Shown: positions 25,144-39,300 of the stretch, piece by piece | Layout of the letters: every line of letters starts with the position of its first letter | Numbering within the stretch: the stretch's first letter is position 1 | Source: the human T2T-CHM13v2.0 reference genome, Homo sapiens | Assembly: GCF_009914755.1 (NCBI RefSeq) | Contig: NC_060946.1 | Strand: one strand, 5' to 3' | DNA: 64,000 nt | Program-made: the position numbers and the translations under genes | The notes under the pieces: generated by a model | What the model was told of the DNA's origin: nothing | The model's database searches: none | The model's input: only the letters and a program-made list of their open reading frames with translations

Positions 25144-26032
25144 ATGGAATGGAAAGTAGTGGAATGGAGTGGAATGGAGATGAGTGGAATGCAATGGAAT
25201 GGTGTGTAATGGAATGGAATGGAATACACTGGAATGGAATGGAATGGAATGGACTTCAATGGAGTTGAATGGAAAGGAATGTAATGGAATGGAGTGGAAT
25301 GGTATGGAATGAAGTGGAGTGGAATTGAATGCAATGGGATGGAATGGAATGGAATCGAATGCAGTGGAATGGTATGGAGTGGAATGAAATGGAGTGGAAT
25401 GGAATGGAGTTGAGTGGAGTGGAATGGAGTGGGGTGGAATGGAATAGATTGGAATGGAGTGGAATGGAGTGTGGTGGAATGAAATGGAATTGAATAGAAT
25501 GGAGTGGATTGGAATTTACTGGTATGGAATGTAACGCAGTGTAGTAGTATGGAATGGAATGGAATGGAGTGGAGCGGAGTGGAATGGAATGGAGTGGAGT
25601 GGAATGGAATGGAAGAGAATGGAAAGGACTGAGGAGGAGGGGAGTGGGCTGGAATGGAATGGAAAGGAATGGAGTGGAGAGAAATGGAGTGAAATGGACT
25701 GGAGAACAGTGGAATGAAATGGAATGAAATGGAGAGGACGGGAGTGCAGTGGAATGGACTGGAGTGGAATGTAGTGAATTGGAGTGGATTGGAATGGATT
25801 GTAGTGGAATGGAATGAAATGGAGTGCAATGGAATGGAATGGAAAGGAAAGTAATGGAATGAAATAGAATGGAATGGAAAGGAACAGAATGGAATGGAAT
25901 GAAATGGAGTGTAATAGAATGGAATGGAATGCAGTGGAATAAAATACAATGCAATGGAATGGAAAGTAACATAATGGAATGAAGAGGGTGGTTTTGAATG
26001 GAATTCAGTGGAGTGGAACGGAATGGAATGGA

Positions 26033-28852
26033 ATGGAAAGGAAGGAAAGGAATTGAGTGGAGAGGAGTGGAGTGGGGTCGAGTGGAATGAAATTGAATAG
26101 AATGGAATGGAATGGAATGCAAAGGAATGGAATGCAAGGGAATGGAATGCAGTGGAGTGGAGTGGAGTTGAGTGGAATGCAATGGAGTGGAACAGAGTGG
26201 AGTGGAATGGAATGGAATACATTAGAGTGCAATGGAATGGAATGGAATGGATTGAAAAGGAACGAAGAGGAATGGAGTGGAGTGGAATGGAATGCGGTGG
26301 AACGGAATGGAGTCCAATGGATTTGAGTGGAATGGAATGGAATGGAGTGGGATGGATTGAATGGAATGGAATGGATTACAATGTAATGGAATGGAATGGA
26401 ATGGCGTGGAATAGGGTGGAGTGGAATGGAATGCAATGGAATAGAGTGGAATGGAATATAATTCAATGTAATGAAATGGAATGGAAGGGAATGGAGTGGA
26501 ATATAATGGAGCGGAGTGGAATGGAAAGGAATGGAATGGAGTGGAAAGGGATGTAACGGAGGGGAGTGGAGTGGAATTGAGTGGAGTTGAATGGAATGGA
26601 ATGGAATAGATTGGAGTGGAAAGGTCTGGAGTGTACTGGAACGGAGTTGAATTGAAAGGAGTTGAATGCAGAGAAATGGAGTAGCATGGAATGGAATGGA
26701 TTGGAGCATGTTGGAATGGAATGGAGTGCAGTGGAATGGAACGATATGGCATGGAATGGAGTCCAGGGGAATGGAATGCACTGGAATGGAATGAAGAGTA
26801 CTTGAATGGAATGGAGTGGAAAGGAATGCAATGGATTGGAATCAGGAGCAGGGGTGTGGTGTGGAATGGAATGGAATGGGACGGAGTGGAATGGAATGTA
26901 GTGGCATGGAAGGGAGTGGAGTGGAGTGGAATGGAATGGAGTGGAATGGAGTGGATTGGGATGGAATGGAACGTAGTGGAGTTGAATGGAATGGAATGGA
27001 ACGGAATGCAGTGGAGTGGAATGGTGTGGGATGTAATGGAGTGCAATGGAATGGAATGGAATGCAAAGGAATGGAATGCAATGGGTTGGAATGGAATGGA
27101 GATGAGTGGAGAGGAATGGAGTACAGTGGAATGGAATGGATTGTACTGTGGTGGAATGGCATGGAATGGAATGTAGTGGAGTGGACTGGAGTGGTATGGA
27201 ATGGAGCGGAGTGTAGTGGAATGGAATGGAATGGATTGGATAGGACGGTACTGCAATGGAATGGAGTGGAGAGGAATGGAACAGAATAGAATGGAATGGA
27301 ATGCAATGGAATGGAATGGGATGCGGAAGAGAGGAGTGGGGTGGAGTGGAATGGAATGGAGCGGAATGGAATGGAGTGGCATGGGATGAAGTGGAGTGGA
27401 ATGGAATGGAATTGAGTGGAATGGAAAGGAAGGAATGGAATTGAGTGGAGAGGAGTGGAGTGAGGTCGAGTGGAATGAAATTGAATAGAATGGAACGGAA
27501 TGGAATGCAATGCAATGGAAAGGAATGCAAGGGAATGGAATGCAGTGGAGTGGAGTGGAGTGAAGTGGAATGCAATGGAGTGGAACAGAGTGGAGAGGAA
27601 TGGAATGGAATACATTAGAGTGCAATGGAATGGAATGGAATGGATTGAAAAGGAATGGAGAGGAATGGAGTGGAGTGGAATGGAATGAGGTGGAATGGAA
27701 TGGGTCCAAAGGATTTGAGTGGAATGGAATGGAATGGAGTGGGATGGATTGGAATGGAATTGAATGGAATAGAATGTAATGGAATGGAATGGAATGGTGT
27801 GGAATAGAGTGTAGTAGAACGGAATGCAATGGAATAGTGTGGAATGGAATATAATCCAATGTAATGAAATGGAATGGAAGGGAATGGAGTGGAATATAAT
27901 GGAGTGGAGTGGAGTGGAATGGAAAGGAATGGAATGGAGTGGAAAGGGATGTAACGGAGGGGAGTGGAGTGGAATTGAGTGGAGTTGAATGGAATGGAAT
28001 GGAATAGATTGGAGTGGAGTGGTCTGGAGTGTACTGGAATGGAGTTGAATTGAAAGGAGTTGAATGCAGAGAAATGGAGTAGCAAGGAATGGAATGGATT
28101 GGAGCATGTTGGAATGGAATGGAGTGCAGTGGAATTGACTGATATGGCATGGAACGGAGTGCAAGGGAATGGAATGCACTGGAATGGAATGAAGAGTACT
28201 GGAATGGAATGGAGTGGAGAGGAATGTAATGTAATGGAATGGAATGGAATCGGGAGGAGGGGTGTGGTGTGGAATGGAATGGAATGGGATGGAGTGGAAT
28301 GGAATGTATTGGCATGGAAAGGAGTGGAGTGGAGTGGAATGGAATGGAATGGAGTGGAATGGAGTGGATTGGGATCGAATGGAACGTAGTGGAGTTGAAT
28401 GGAATGGAATGGAATGGAATGCAGTGTAGTGGAATGGTGTGGGATGTAATGGAGTGGAATGGAATGGATTGGAATGCAAAGGAATGGAATGCAATTGGGT
28501 GGAATGGAATGGAGATGAGTGGAGAGGAATGGAGTACAGTGGAATGGAATGGATTGTACTGTGGTGGAATGGCATGGAATGGAATGTAGTGGAGTGGATT
28601 GGAGTGGTATGGAATGGAGTGGAGTATAGTGGAATGGAATGGAATGGAATGGAATGGACAGGACTGTACTGCAATGGAATGGAGTGGAGAGGAATGGAAC
28701 TGAATAGAATCGAATGGAATGGAATGGAATGCAATGGAATGGAATGGGATGTGGAAGAGACGAGTGGGGTGGAGTGGAATGGAATGGAGTGGAATGGAAT
28801 GGGGTGGCATGGGATGGAGTGGAGCGGAATGGAATGGAATTGAGTGGAATGG
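26033..28852. repeat. Tandem duplication of a ~1.4 kb unit (copy A ~26033-27420, copy B ~27421-28852)
   Basis: Rare markers recur in the same order: TACATTAGAG 26218/27611, GGTCTGGAGTGTACTGG, GAGCATGTTGG, GAAGAGTACT, TTGTACTGTGG 27141/28554, ATG(C/T)GGAAGAGA 27321/28749. Offset drifts from 1388 to about 1428 through indels. Confidence 0.93.
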
Positions 28853-30159
28853 ACTGGAGTGCAATTGTATCGAATGAAGTAGAGTGGAATGGAATGGAAC
28901 GGCATGCTTTGGAATTGAAAGGTATGGTATGGAATGGAGTAAAATGGAATGGAAGAGAATGGAATGGTTAGGACTGGAATGGAGTGGAATGGAGTGGAGT
29001 GGAATGGAATTGTGTTTAATGGAATGGAGTGTAATGGAATTGAGTGGAGTGGAATGGAATGGAATGGAAAGAAGTGGATTGGAGTGGGGTGGGTTCCAGT
29101 GGATGGTATTTGAATGGAATACAAAGTAAAGGAATGGGTTAGAATGGAGTGGAGTGGAGAGAAATTTAATTGAAAGAAGTGGAGTGGAATGTAATGTAAT
29201 GTAAAGGAATGTAAAGGAATGGAATGGAATGGATTGGAATGGAGTGGAGTGGAATGGAATGGAGTGGAATGGAATGGAATGGAACAGAATGGAGTGGAAT
29301 GGAAGGGAACGGAGAGTAGTGGAATGGAATGGAATGGAAAAAAATGGAATGGAGTGGAGTGGAATGAAATTGAGTGTAATGGAAAGGAATAAAAATGAAT
29401 GGAATGGAATGGTGTGGAAAGGAATGGAATGGATTGAAGAGGAATGGAATGCAATTGAATGAAATGGATTGGAATGGGTAGCAGGGGAGTTTAGTGGAAT
29501 GAAATGGAGTGGAGTGGGGTGGAATGGAATGGAATGGAAGTCAATGGAGTTGAATGGAATGGAATGGAATGGAATGGATTGGAATGCAGTGTATTGGAAT
29601 GGAATGCAATGGAGTGGAACGGAATGGAATGGAATGCAATGGAGTGGAATGTAGTGGAGTTTAGCGCAGTGGAACGGAGTGTATTAGATTAAATTGGAAT
29701 GCAATGGAATGGAGTGAAATAAAATGGCGTGGAGTGGAGTGGAAATGAGTGGAGTGGAACGGTATGGAATGGAATAGATTGGAATGGAATGGAACGGAAT
29801 GGAAGGAATTGAAATGGAATAGACTGGAATGGAGTGGAGTGGAGTGGAATGGAAAGGAGAGGAGTGGAGAGCAATGGAATGGAATGGAAAGGATTGGAAT
29901 GGAATTTAATATACGGAATTGGAATGGCATGGAATGGAGTAGAATGGATTTAAATGGAATGGAATGGAAAGGAATGGGATGGAATGGGATGGAATGGAAT
30001 GGAAAGGAGAGGAGAGGATTGGAGAGGAACGAACGTAGCGGAATGTATAGGAGGGGAATGGAATGGAATAGTGTGTACTGGAATGGAATGGAAAGGAGTG
30101 GAATGGAATGGAGTGGAAAGGAATGGAATGGAATGGAATGGAATGGAATGGAATGGAGT

Positions 30160-30570
30160 GGAGTAGAGTGAAGTAGTGTCGAGTGGAATGGAAAAGAATT
30201 CAGTTTAGTGGAATGTAATGGTATTCAATGGAATAGAATGGAAAGCAATGTAATGGTGTGGAATGGAATGGAGTGGAGTGGAATGGAATGGAATGCAATG
30301 GAATGGAATGGAATGGAATGGAATGGAATGGAATGGAATGGAATGGAATGGAATGAAGAGGAATGGATTAGAATGATGTGTAGTGGAATGGAATGGAAAT
30401 GAGTGGAATGGAATGGAATGGAAAGGAGTGGAGTGGAAAGGATTTGACTGGAGAGGAATAGAATGGATTGGAATGGAATGGAGTGGAGTGGAGTGGAGTG
30501 AAGTAGTTTCGAGTGGAAAGGAAATGAATTCAGCTTAGTGGAATGGGATGGAATTCAAAGGAATGGAATG
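30160..30570. repeat. Diverged duplication with 330-bp spacing
   Basis: AAGTAGT(G/T)TCGAGTGGAA(T/A)GGAAA(A/T)GAATTCAG(T/C)TTAGTGGAATG at 30171 and 30501. Confidence 0.85.
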
Positions 30571-31089
30571 GAATGCAATGGAATGGAAAGGAATGCAATG
30601 GAATGGAATGGAATGGAGTGGAATGGAGTGCAGTGGAATGGAATGGAATTGAGTGGAATGGAATGAAATTTAGTTCAATGGAATGGAATGGAATGGAATG
30701 GAATGGAATAGAATAGAATGGAATGGAATGGAGTGGAGTGGAATGGAATGAAAGGCAGTGGAGTGGAATGCAATGGAATGAGGGTAGTGGAGTTGAATCG
30801 AATGTAGTGGATTGGAGTGGAAAGGAGTGGAGCGGAATGGAATGGAGTGGAGTGAAGTATGAAATGGTATGGAGTGGAATGGAATGGAGTAGACTGGAAT
30901 GGAGTTGAGGGGAGTGGAATGGAGTCGGGTGGAATGGAAGAGAGCGGAATGGAATGGAATGGAGTGTGCTGGAATGAACTGGAATGAGATGGAATGGAGT
31001 GGGTGGAATGGAGTGGTATGGAATGGAACGGAGTGAAGTGGAATGGAATGGAATCGAATGGAACGGAGTGTAATGAAATGGAATGGAAT

Positions 31090-31213
31090 GGAATGGAGTG
31101 GAATGGTATGGAATGGAGTTGATTGGAATGGAGTCAAATGGAACGGAATGGAGTGGAATGGTATGGAATGGAGTTGATTGGAATGGAGTCGAATGGAACG
31201 GAATGGAGTGGAA
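31090..31213. repeat. Local tandem duplication, 55-bp period
   Basis: GGTATGGAATGGAGTTGATTGGAATGGAGTC(A/G)AATGGAACGG twice; GATTG at 31121 and 31176. Confidence 0.88.
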
Positions 31214-34200
31214 CGCAATGTAAAGGAGGGGAGTGGAGTGGGAAAGAAAGGAATGGAATGGATTGGAGTGGAAGGAAATGCAATTAAATGGAATTGAATG
31301 GAGTGGAATGGTGCTTAGTGGAATGCAATGAAGTGGAATGGAATGCTGTTGAGTGGAGTTGAATGGAGTGGAGTGGAATGAAGTAGAGTGAAATGGAATG
31401 GAATGGAGTGATTTGGAATGAAATGGAATGGAACGGAGTGGAGTGGATAGAAATTTAATCTTATGGAATTGAAAGGAGTGTAGTGGTATGGAATGGAATG
31501 GAATGGAATGGAATGGAGACGTGTGGAGAGGAATGGAATTGGATTGAGTGGAGTGGAATGGAACGGAAAGAGGAGGAGGGGGTGGGTTTGAATGGAATGG
31601 AATGGAATGGAGTGGAGTGAGATCAAATGGAATGGACTGGAGTGGAGTGGAATGAAATGGAATGGAATGGAGATGAGGGGAGTGGAGTGGAAAGAAATGG
31701 AGTGGAATGTAGTGGAGTGGAGTGGATTGGAATGGTGTGGAATGGAATGAAATTGAGGGAAATGGAATGGAATTTAATGAAATACAAAGGAATGGAATGG
31801 AATGGAATGGAATCGAATGGAATGGAATGGTGTGTTGTGGAGTGGAATGGAATTGAGTGGAATGGAATGGAATGGAAAGGAATTGAATGGAAACTAATGG
31901 AATGCAGTGGATTGGAATGGAGTTGAGTGGAATGAAAGAGAGTGGAGTGGAATGGAATGGAATGCATTAGAGTGCAATGGGATGGAATGGAATGGAATGG
32001 ACTGGAATGGAGAGGAGTAGAATGCAATGGGTTGGAATGAAATGGAGTGGAGTGGAGTTGAGTGGAGTGGAATGGAATGGAATGGAATGGAGTGGCGTGG
32101 AGCAGGGTCGAGTTGATGTTAATAGAATGGAAAGAAATGGAGATGAATGTAATGGAGGGGAGTGGAATGGAATGGAATGGCATGGAGTGGAATGAATATG
32201 AAGATGGGAGTGGACTGGAATGGATTGGAGTGGAATGGAATGGAATGGAGTGGTGTGGAGCAGGGTCCAGTTGATGGTAATAGAATGGAATGGAATGGAA
32301 TAGAATTGAATGCAAAGGAGTGGAATGACAAGGAGTGGAATGGAATGGAATGGAGTGGGATTGACTGGAATGGAATGGAATGGATTAGAATGGAATGGAA
32401 TGGGATGGAATGGCGTGGAATTGAGTGGAGTGGAATGGAATGTAATTAAATGGAGTGGAAAGGAATATAATTCAATGTAATGGAATTCAAAGGAAAGGAA
32501 TGGAGATGAATGTAATGGAGGGGAGTGGAATGGAATGGAATGGCATGGAGTGGAATGGAATATAAAGATGGGAGTGGATTGGAATGGATTGGAGAGGAAT
32601 GGAATGGAATGGATTAGAATGGAATGGAATGGAATGGAATGGCGTGGAATTGAGTGGAAAGGAATGGAGTTGAGTGGAGAGAAATTGCGTAGCGTGGAAA
32701 GGAATGCTATGGAATGGAGTGTAGTGGAATGGAGTGGTATGGAATTGAACGGAGTCTAGTGGAAGGGAATGGAATGGAAGGGATTGGAATGGAATGGAGT
32801 GTACTGGAATGGAATATAATGGTATGGAATGAAGTGTAGTGGAGTGGAATGGAATGGAGTGCAAAGGAGTCAAGTGGTATGGAATGGAAAGGAATAGAGT
32901 GGAATGGAATGGAATGGAAAGCATAGGATTGGAATGGAGTGGAATTGAGTGGAATGGAATGGAGTGGATTGGAGTGGAATGGAATGGAATAGATTGGAAT
33001 GGAATGGAATTGAATGGATAGGACTGGAATGGATTGGAATGGAGTGGAGTGGAATGGAATTGTGTGGAATGGAATGGATTGTAATGGAGTTGAGTGGAAT
33101 GGAAAGGAATGGAATGGAAAGGAGTGGAGTGGAGTGGCGTGGGGCCCATTGAATGGTAATTGAATGGAATGGAAAGTAATGGAATGGGGTGGAATGGAGT
33201 GGACTGGAGTGGAATTTATTTGAAAGGATTGGAGTGTAATATAATGTAATGTATTAGAATGGAATGGAAAGGAATGTAAGGTAGTGGAATGGAATGGAAA
33301 GGAGTGGAGTGGAATGGAATGGAATGGAATGGAATGGAGAGGAATGGAATGGAATGCAGTGGAATGGAAGGGAACGGAGTGTATTGGAATGGAATGGAAT
33401 TGAATGGAGTGGATTGTAATGGAATGGAGTGGAATTGAATGGAATGGAAAGGAGTGGAATGGAAAGGAGTGTAATGGAACGGAATGGATTTGGAAGGAAT
33501 GGAATGGAATTGAATGACATAGAATGCAATGGAGAGCAGGGGAGTTTAGTGGAATGAAATGGAGTTGAGTGGATTGGAATGGAACGCAATGGAGTGGAAT
33601 GGAATAGGATGGAATCGATTGGAATGGGGTGTAGAGGAATGGAATGGAATGGAATGGAACTGAGTGCAATGGAGTGTAGGGAGTTCAGTGGAATGGAATG
33701 GAGTGGAGTGAATTGGAATGGAATGGAATTGAATGGAATGAAATGGAGTGGAGTAGAGTGGAATGCAGTGGAGTGGAGGGGAATGGTATGGTATGGAATG
33801 GAATGGAAAGTAATGGAATGGAATGGAGTGGAATGGAGTGGAATGGAATGGACTGGAATGGAGTGGAGTGGAGTGGAGGGGAATGCAAAGGAGAGTAGTG
33901 GATTGGAAATGAATGGAATAGAATAGAATGCAATTTAATATAGGGGATTGGAATGGCGTGGAGTGGAGTGGAATGGAATGGAATGGATTAGAATGGAATG
34001 GAATGAATTGGAATGGAATGGAGTGGAGTGGAGTGGAGTGGAATGGAATTGGGTGGAATGGAATAGATTGGAATGGAATGGAATGGAGTGGAGTGGAGGG
34101 AAGTGGTGTGGAGTGGAATGGAATTGCATTCAGTGTAGTGGAATGGAATGGATTTCCATGGAATGAAATTGAAAGGAATTCCATGGAATGAAATGGAATG

Positions 34201-36114
34201 GAAGGGAAAGGAATGGAATGGAGTGGAGTGGAACGGAATTGATTGGAGTGGAATGGAATGGAATTGAGTGGAGTGGAATGGAATGGAATTCACAGGAATG
34301 GAATGCAATGCAATATAATGGAGTGGAATGGAATGGAATGGATTGAAAAGGAATTGAATGGAATGGAGTGCAGTGCAATAGAATGGAATGTAAACGAGTT
34401 TAATAGAATGGAATTGTATTTAGTGGAAAGGAGTGCAATGGAAAGGAGCGGAATGAAATGGAATGGAATAGAGTGGAGTGTAGTGGTGTGGAATGGTATG
34501 GAGTGGAATGGAATAGAGTGGACTGGAATGGAGTTGAGTGGAGTGGAATGGAATGGGGTGAAATGGTATGGAGTGGAGTGAAATGGAATGGGATGGAATG
34601 GAATGGAGTGGAGTGAAATTGAATGGAAAGGAGTGGAGTGGAATGGAATGGAATGTAAACGAGTGTAGTGGAATGAAATCGAATGTAGTGAATTGGAGTG
34701 GAATGGAGTGGAACGGAATGGAATGGAACGGAATGTAGTGGACTGGAATGGAGGTGAGTGGAGTGGCATGGAGTGCGGTGGAATTTAACTGACGGAATGG
34801 AATGGAATGGGGTGTGGTGGAAGGAATTGGAATGGCATGGAATGGAGTGGGTTGAATGGAGTGGTATGGAATAGAATGGAGTGTAATGGAATGGAATGGA
34901 ATAGAAATGAGTGGAGTGGAATGGAATGGAGTGGAGGGTAATGGCATGGAATTGAAAGGAATTGAATGGAAACGGGAGGAAGGGGGTGGGATGGCATGGA
35001 ATTGAATGGAAAGGAGTGGAGTGAAATGGAATGGAATAGAATGGAGGAGAGTGGAATCGAATGGAGTGGAAGATAAAGGAATGGAATGGAATGGAGTGGA
35101 GTGGAATGAATTGGAGTGGAATGGAGTGGAGTGGAATTGAATGGAATGGAGTGGAGTGGAACTGAATGGAATGGATTGGAATGGCGTGGAGTGGGATGGA
35201 GTGGTATGGAATGGAGTGGAGTGGAATGGAATGGAATGGAATGCAGTGAAATTGAATGGAATGTGACGGAATGGAATGGAATGGAATGGACTGGAGTGGA
35301 GTGGAGTGGAATGGATTGGACTCGAGTAGAGTGGAATGGAATGAAATGGAATGGAATGCAATGGAGAGAAGGGGAGTGGAGTGGAACGGAATGCACTGGA
35401 ATGTAGTGGAGTGGAGTGAATTGGAATGGAGTAGAATTGAATGGAATGGAACGGAATTGAATGGAATGGAATGGAATGGAATGGAATGGCGTGGGGTGGA
35501 GTGTAATGGAATTGAGTGGAGAGGAATGGAAAGGACTGGAATGGAGCAGAATGGAATGGAAGCAATGGAATTGATTTGAGTGGAGTGGAGTGGAATGGGG
35601 TCGAGTGGAATGAAATTGAATAGAATGGAATGGAATGGAAGGGAAGGGAATGCAGTGGAGTGGAGTGGAATGGAGTTGAATGGAGTGGAGTGGAATGGAA
35701 AGTATTAGAGTGAAATGGAATGGAATGAAATGGATTGGAGTGGAATGCACAGGTATGGAGTGGAGTGGAATGGAATGGGAAGAATGGGATCGAGTTGAAT
35801 AGAGTTGAGTGGAATGGAATGGAATGGAATGGAATGGAATGGAATGGAATGGAATGGAATTTAGTGGAGTGGAGTGTGTTCCATTGGATGGTGAATGAAT
35901 GGAATGGAATGTAGTGGCGTGGAATGAAGTGGACTGGAGAGGAATGGAATGGAATGAAATGGAGTGGAATGGAATACAATGAAATGGAGTGGAATGGAAT
36001 GGAATGGAGTGGAGTGGAATGCATTCGAGTGGAATGAAGAGGAAGGGATTAGAGTGGAGTTAAGTGGAATGGAATTGAATGGAATCGATAGGAATGGAAT
36101 GGAATGCAGTGGAG

Positions 36115-36333
36115 TGGAATGGAGTGGAGTGGAGTGGAATGGAATGAAGTGGAATGGAATGGAGTGGAGTGGAGTGCAATGGAATAGAGTGGAATAGAGA
36201 CGAGAGAATTGAAATGGAATGGAGTGGAGTGGAGTGGAATGGAATGAAGTGGAATGGAATGGAGTGGAGTGGAGTGCAATGGAATAGAGTGGAATAGAGA
36301 CGAGAGAATTGAAATGGAATGGAGTGGAGTGGA
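36115..36333. repeat. Exact tandem duplication, 100-bp period
   Basis: 36121-36220 is identical to 36221-36320; marker CGAGAGAATTGAAAT at 36201 and 36301. Confidence 0.95.
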
Positions 36334-39300
36334 ATAGAATGGAATGGAGTTGAAAGGAGTGGAGTGAAGTGGAATGGAGTGGAGTGGAGTGGAATGTAAT
36401 GGATTGGAATGGAATAGAACGGAATGGAATGGAAAGAAAAGGATTGATTTGGAGAGGAAGGGAGTGGTGAGGAGTAGAATGGAGTGGAATGAAGCAGAGT
36501 GTAGTGTATTGGAATGTAATGAAGTGAAATGGAATGGAAAACAGTAGAATGTAATGGAATGGAATGGAATTGAATGGAATGAAATGGAATTGAATGGAAT
36601 GGAGTGGGGAGGAGGGGAATGGAATTGAGTGGAATGGAAGAGAACGGAATGCAATTGAGTGGAGTAGAGTGGGCTGGGGTCGGGTGGAATTAAATGGAAT
36701 GGACTGCAGTGGATTGGACTGGAATGGAATGGAATGGTATGGAATGGAATGGAATGGACTGGAATGGAATGGAAAGGAATGGAAAGGAATGGAGTGGAAT
36801 GGAGTGGAGTGGAATGGAATGAAGTGGAGTGGAATGGAATGGAATTCAATAGATATGAATGGAATGAAAAGGAATAGAATGGAGTGGAATGAAATGGAAT
36901 GGCGTTGAGTGGAATGGAATGGAATGGAATGGAATGCAGTGGAATGGAATGGAATTTAATGGAATGGAATGGAAAGAAGAGGAATGGAATGTACTGGAGT
37001 TGAATGGAATGGAATGGAATCAAAAGGAATGGAATGGAATGGAATGGAATGGAATGCAATGGAGTGAAGTGGAATGCAGTGGAATTGAGCGGAGTGGAAT
37101 GCAATGGAATTCAATGGAATGGTATGGAATGGAGTGAAGTGGAATGGAATGGAATGGAATTGAGTGGATTGTTATGGAATGGAAAGGAATGGAATGGGAT
37201 AGCGTGGAATGGAATGGAATAGTGTGGAATGGAATGGAAAGGAAAGGAATGGAAAGGAGTAGAATGGAATAGAATGGTGTGGACTGGATTGGAATGGAGT
37301 GGAGTGTAGTGGTATGTAGTGGAGTGGAGTGGAATGGGATGGAGTGGAAAGGAGTGGAGTGGAATGGGATGGAGTAGAATGGAGTAGAGTGGAATGGAAT
37401 GAAACTGAATGTAGTGGAATGGAATGGAATGGAGTGGAATAGAGTGGAATAGAATGGAATGGAAGGGAATGGGAAGGAATGGAATGAAATGCTGTGGAAT
37501 GGAATGCAATAAAATGGAATGGAGTGGAAAGAAGTGGAATTCAGTGGACTGTAACGGAATGGAGTGGAGTGGAGTAGAATGGAATGGAATGACTTGGTAT
37601 GGTATGGTATGGAATGTAGCAGAGAAGAGTCGAGTAGAGTGGAGTGAAATGGAATGAAAAGGAATGGAATGGAAAGGAATGGAATTGAATGGTGTGGAAT
37701 GGAATGGAATGAAATGGAATGGAAAGGAATGGAATGGAATGTGGTGGAGTGTAATGGAATTGACTGGAGTGGAATAGAGTGGAATTGAATGAAAAGGAAC
37801 GGAATGGAATGGAATTGAATGGAGTGGATTGGAGTGGATTGGATTTGTGTCGACTGGAATGAAATTCAATGGAATAGAAAGGAATGGAATGGAATGGAAT
37901 GCAGTGGAATGGAGTGGAGTGGATTGTTGTAGAGTGGAATGGAATGGACTGGAATGTAACGGACTGGAATGGAGTGGAATGGAATGGGGTGGAATTGAAT
38001 GGAATGGAATGGAGTGAAATAGAATGGAATGGAATGGAATGGAATGGAATGGAGTGGAATGGAATGCAGTGGAGTGGAGTGCAGAGGAGTGGAGTGGAAT
38101 GGAAAGGACCGGAATGGAATGGAATGCAGTGGAATGGAATGGAGTGGAATGGAATGGAGTGGAATGGAGTTGACTGCAGTGGAATGGAATGGAATGGAAT
38201 GGAATGGAATGGAATGAAGTGGAGTGGAATGGAATGCAGTAGAGCTTAGAGGAGTGGATTGGAGTGGAGTGGAATGAAATTGAGTGAAATGGAGTGGAAT
38301 GGAATGAAATGGAATGGGATGGAATAGAGCAGAATGCAATGCAATGGAATGCAGAGGAATGGAATGGAATGGAATGCACTGGAATGGAATGGAGTGGAGT
38401 GGAGTGGAAAGGAGTGTAATGGAGAGGAATGGAATGGAATGTAATGGAATGGAACGGAGTTGAAAGGAGTGGATTGTAGAGGAATGGAATGGAAGTAAAT
38501 GTAATCAAATGGAATGGAAAGGAATAGAGAGAAGTGGAAAGGAATGGAATGGAATGGAGTGGAATGGAATGGAGTGTAGTGGAATGGAATGGAATGCATT
38601 AGAGTAGAATAACATGGAATGGAATGGAATGGAACGGAATGGAATGGAATGGAAAGAAATGTAATGGAGTGGAGTGGAGTGGAATGGATGGAATGGAAAG
38701 GAATGCAATGGTAGGGAATGGAATGGAGTGGAGGGGAGAGGAATGGTGTGGAATGAAATGGAGTGGAATGGAATGGAATAGAATGGAATGGAATGGAGTT
38801 GAGTGGAATGGAGAGTAGAGGAGTGGAATGGAATGAAATAGAATGGAATGGAATGGAATAAAATGGAATGGAATAGAGAGGAGTGGAGTGGAATGGAATG
38901 GAACGGAATAGAAGGGAGTGGATTGCAGGGGAATGGAATGGAATGGAATGGAATGGAATGGAATGGAATGGAATCGAAGGGAATGGAAAGGAATGGAGAG
39001 AAGTGGAAAGGATTGGAGAGAATGGAATTTAAATGATGGAATGGAAGAGAGAGCAATGGAATGGAGTGGAGTGGAACGGAATGGAATGGAATGATGTGAA
39101 ATGGAATGAAATGCAATGGAATGGAAGGGAAAGGAATGCAATGGAGTGGAATGGAATGGAAAGCAATCGAATGGATAGGAATGAAATGTAATGGAATGGA
39201 AAGGAATAGAGTGGAAGGGAGTGGAATGGAAAAAAGTGGAATGGAAAAAAAGGAATGTAATTGAATGGAGTGGAGTTGAGTGGAAATGAATGGAATGGAG

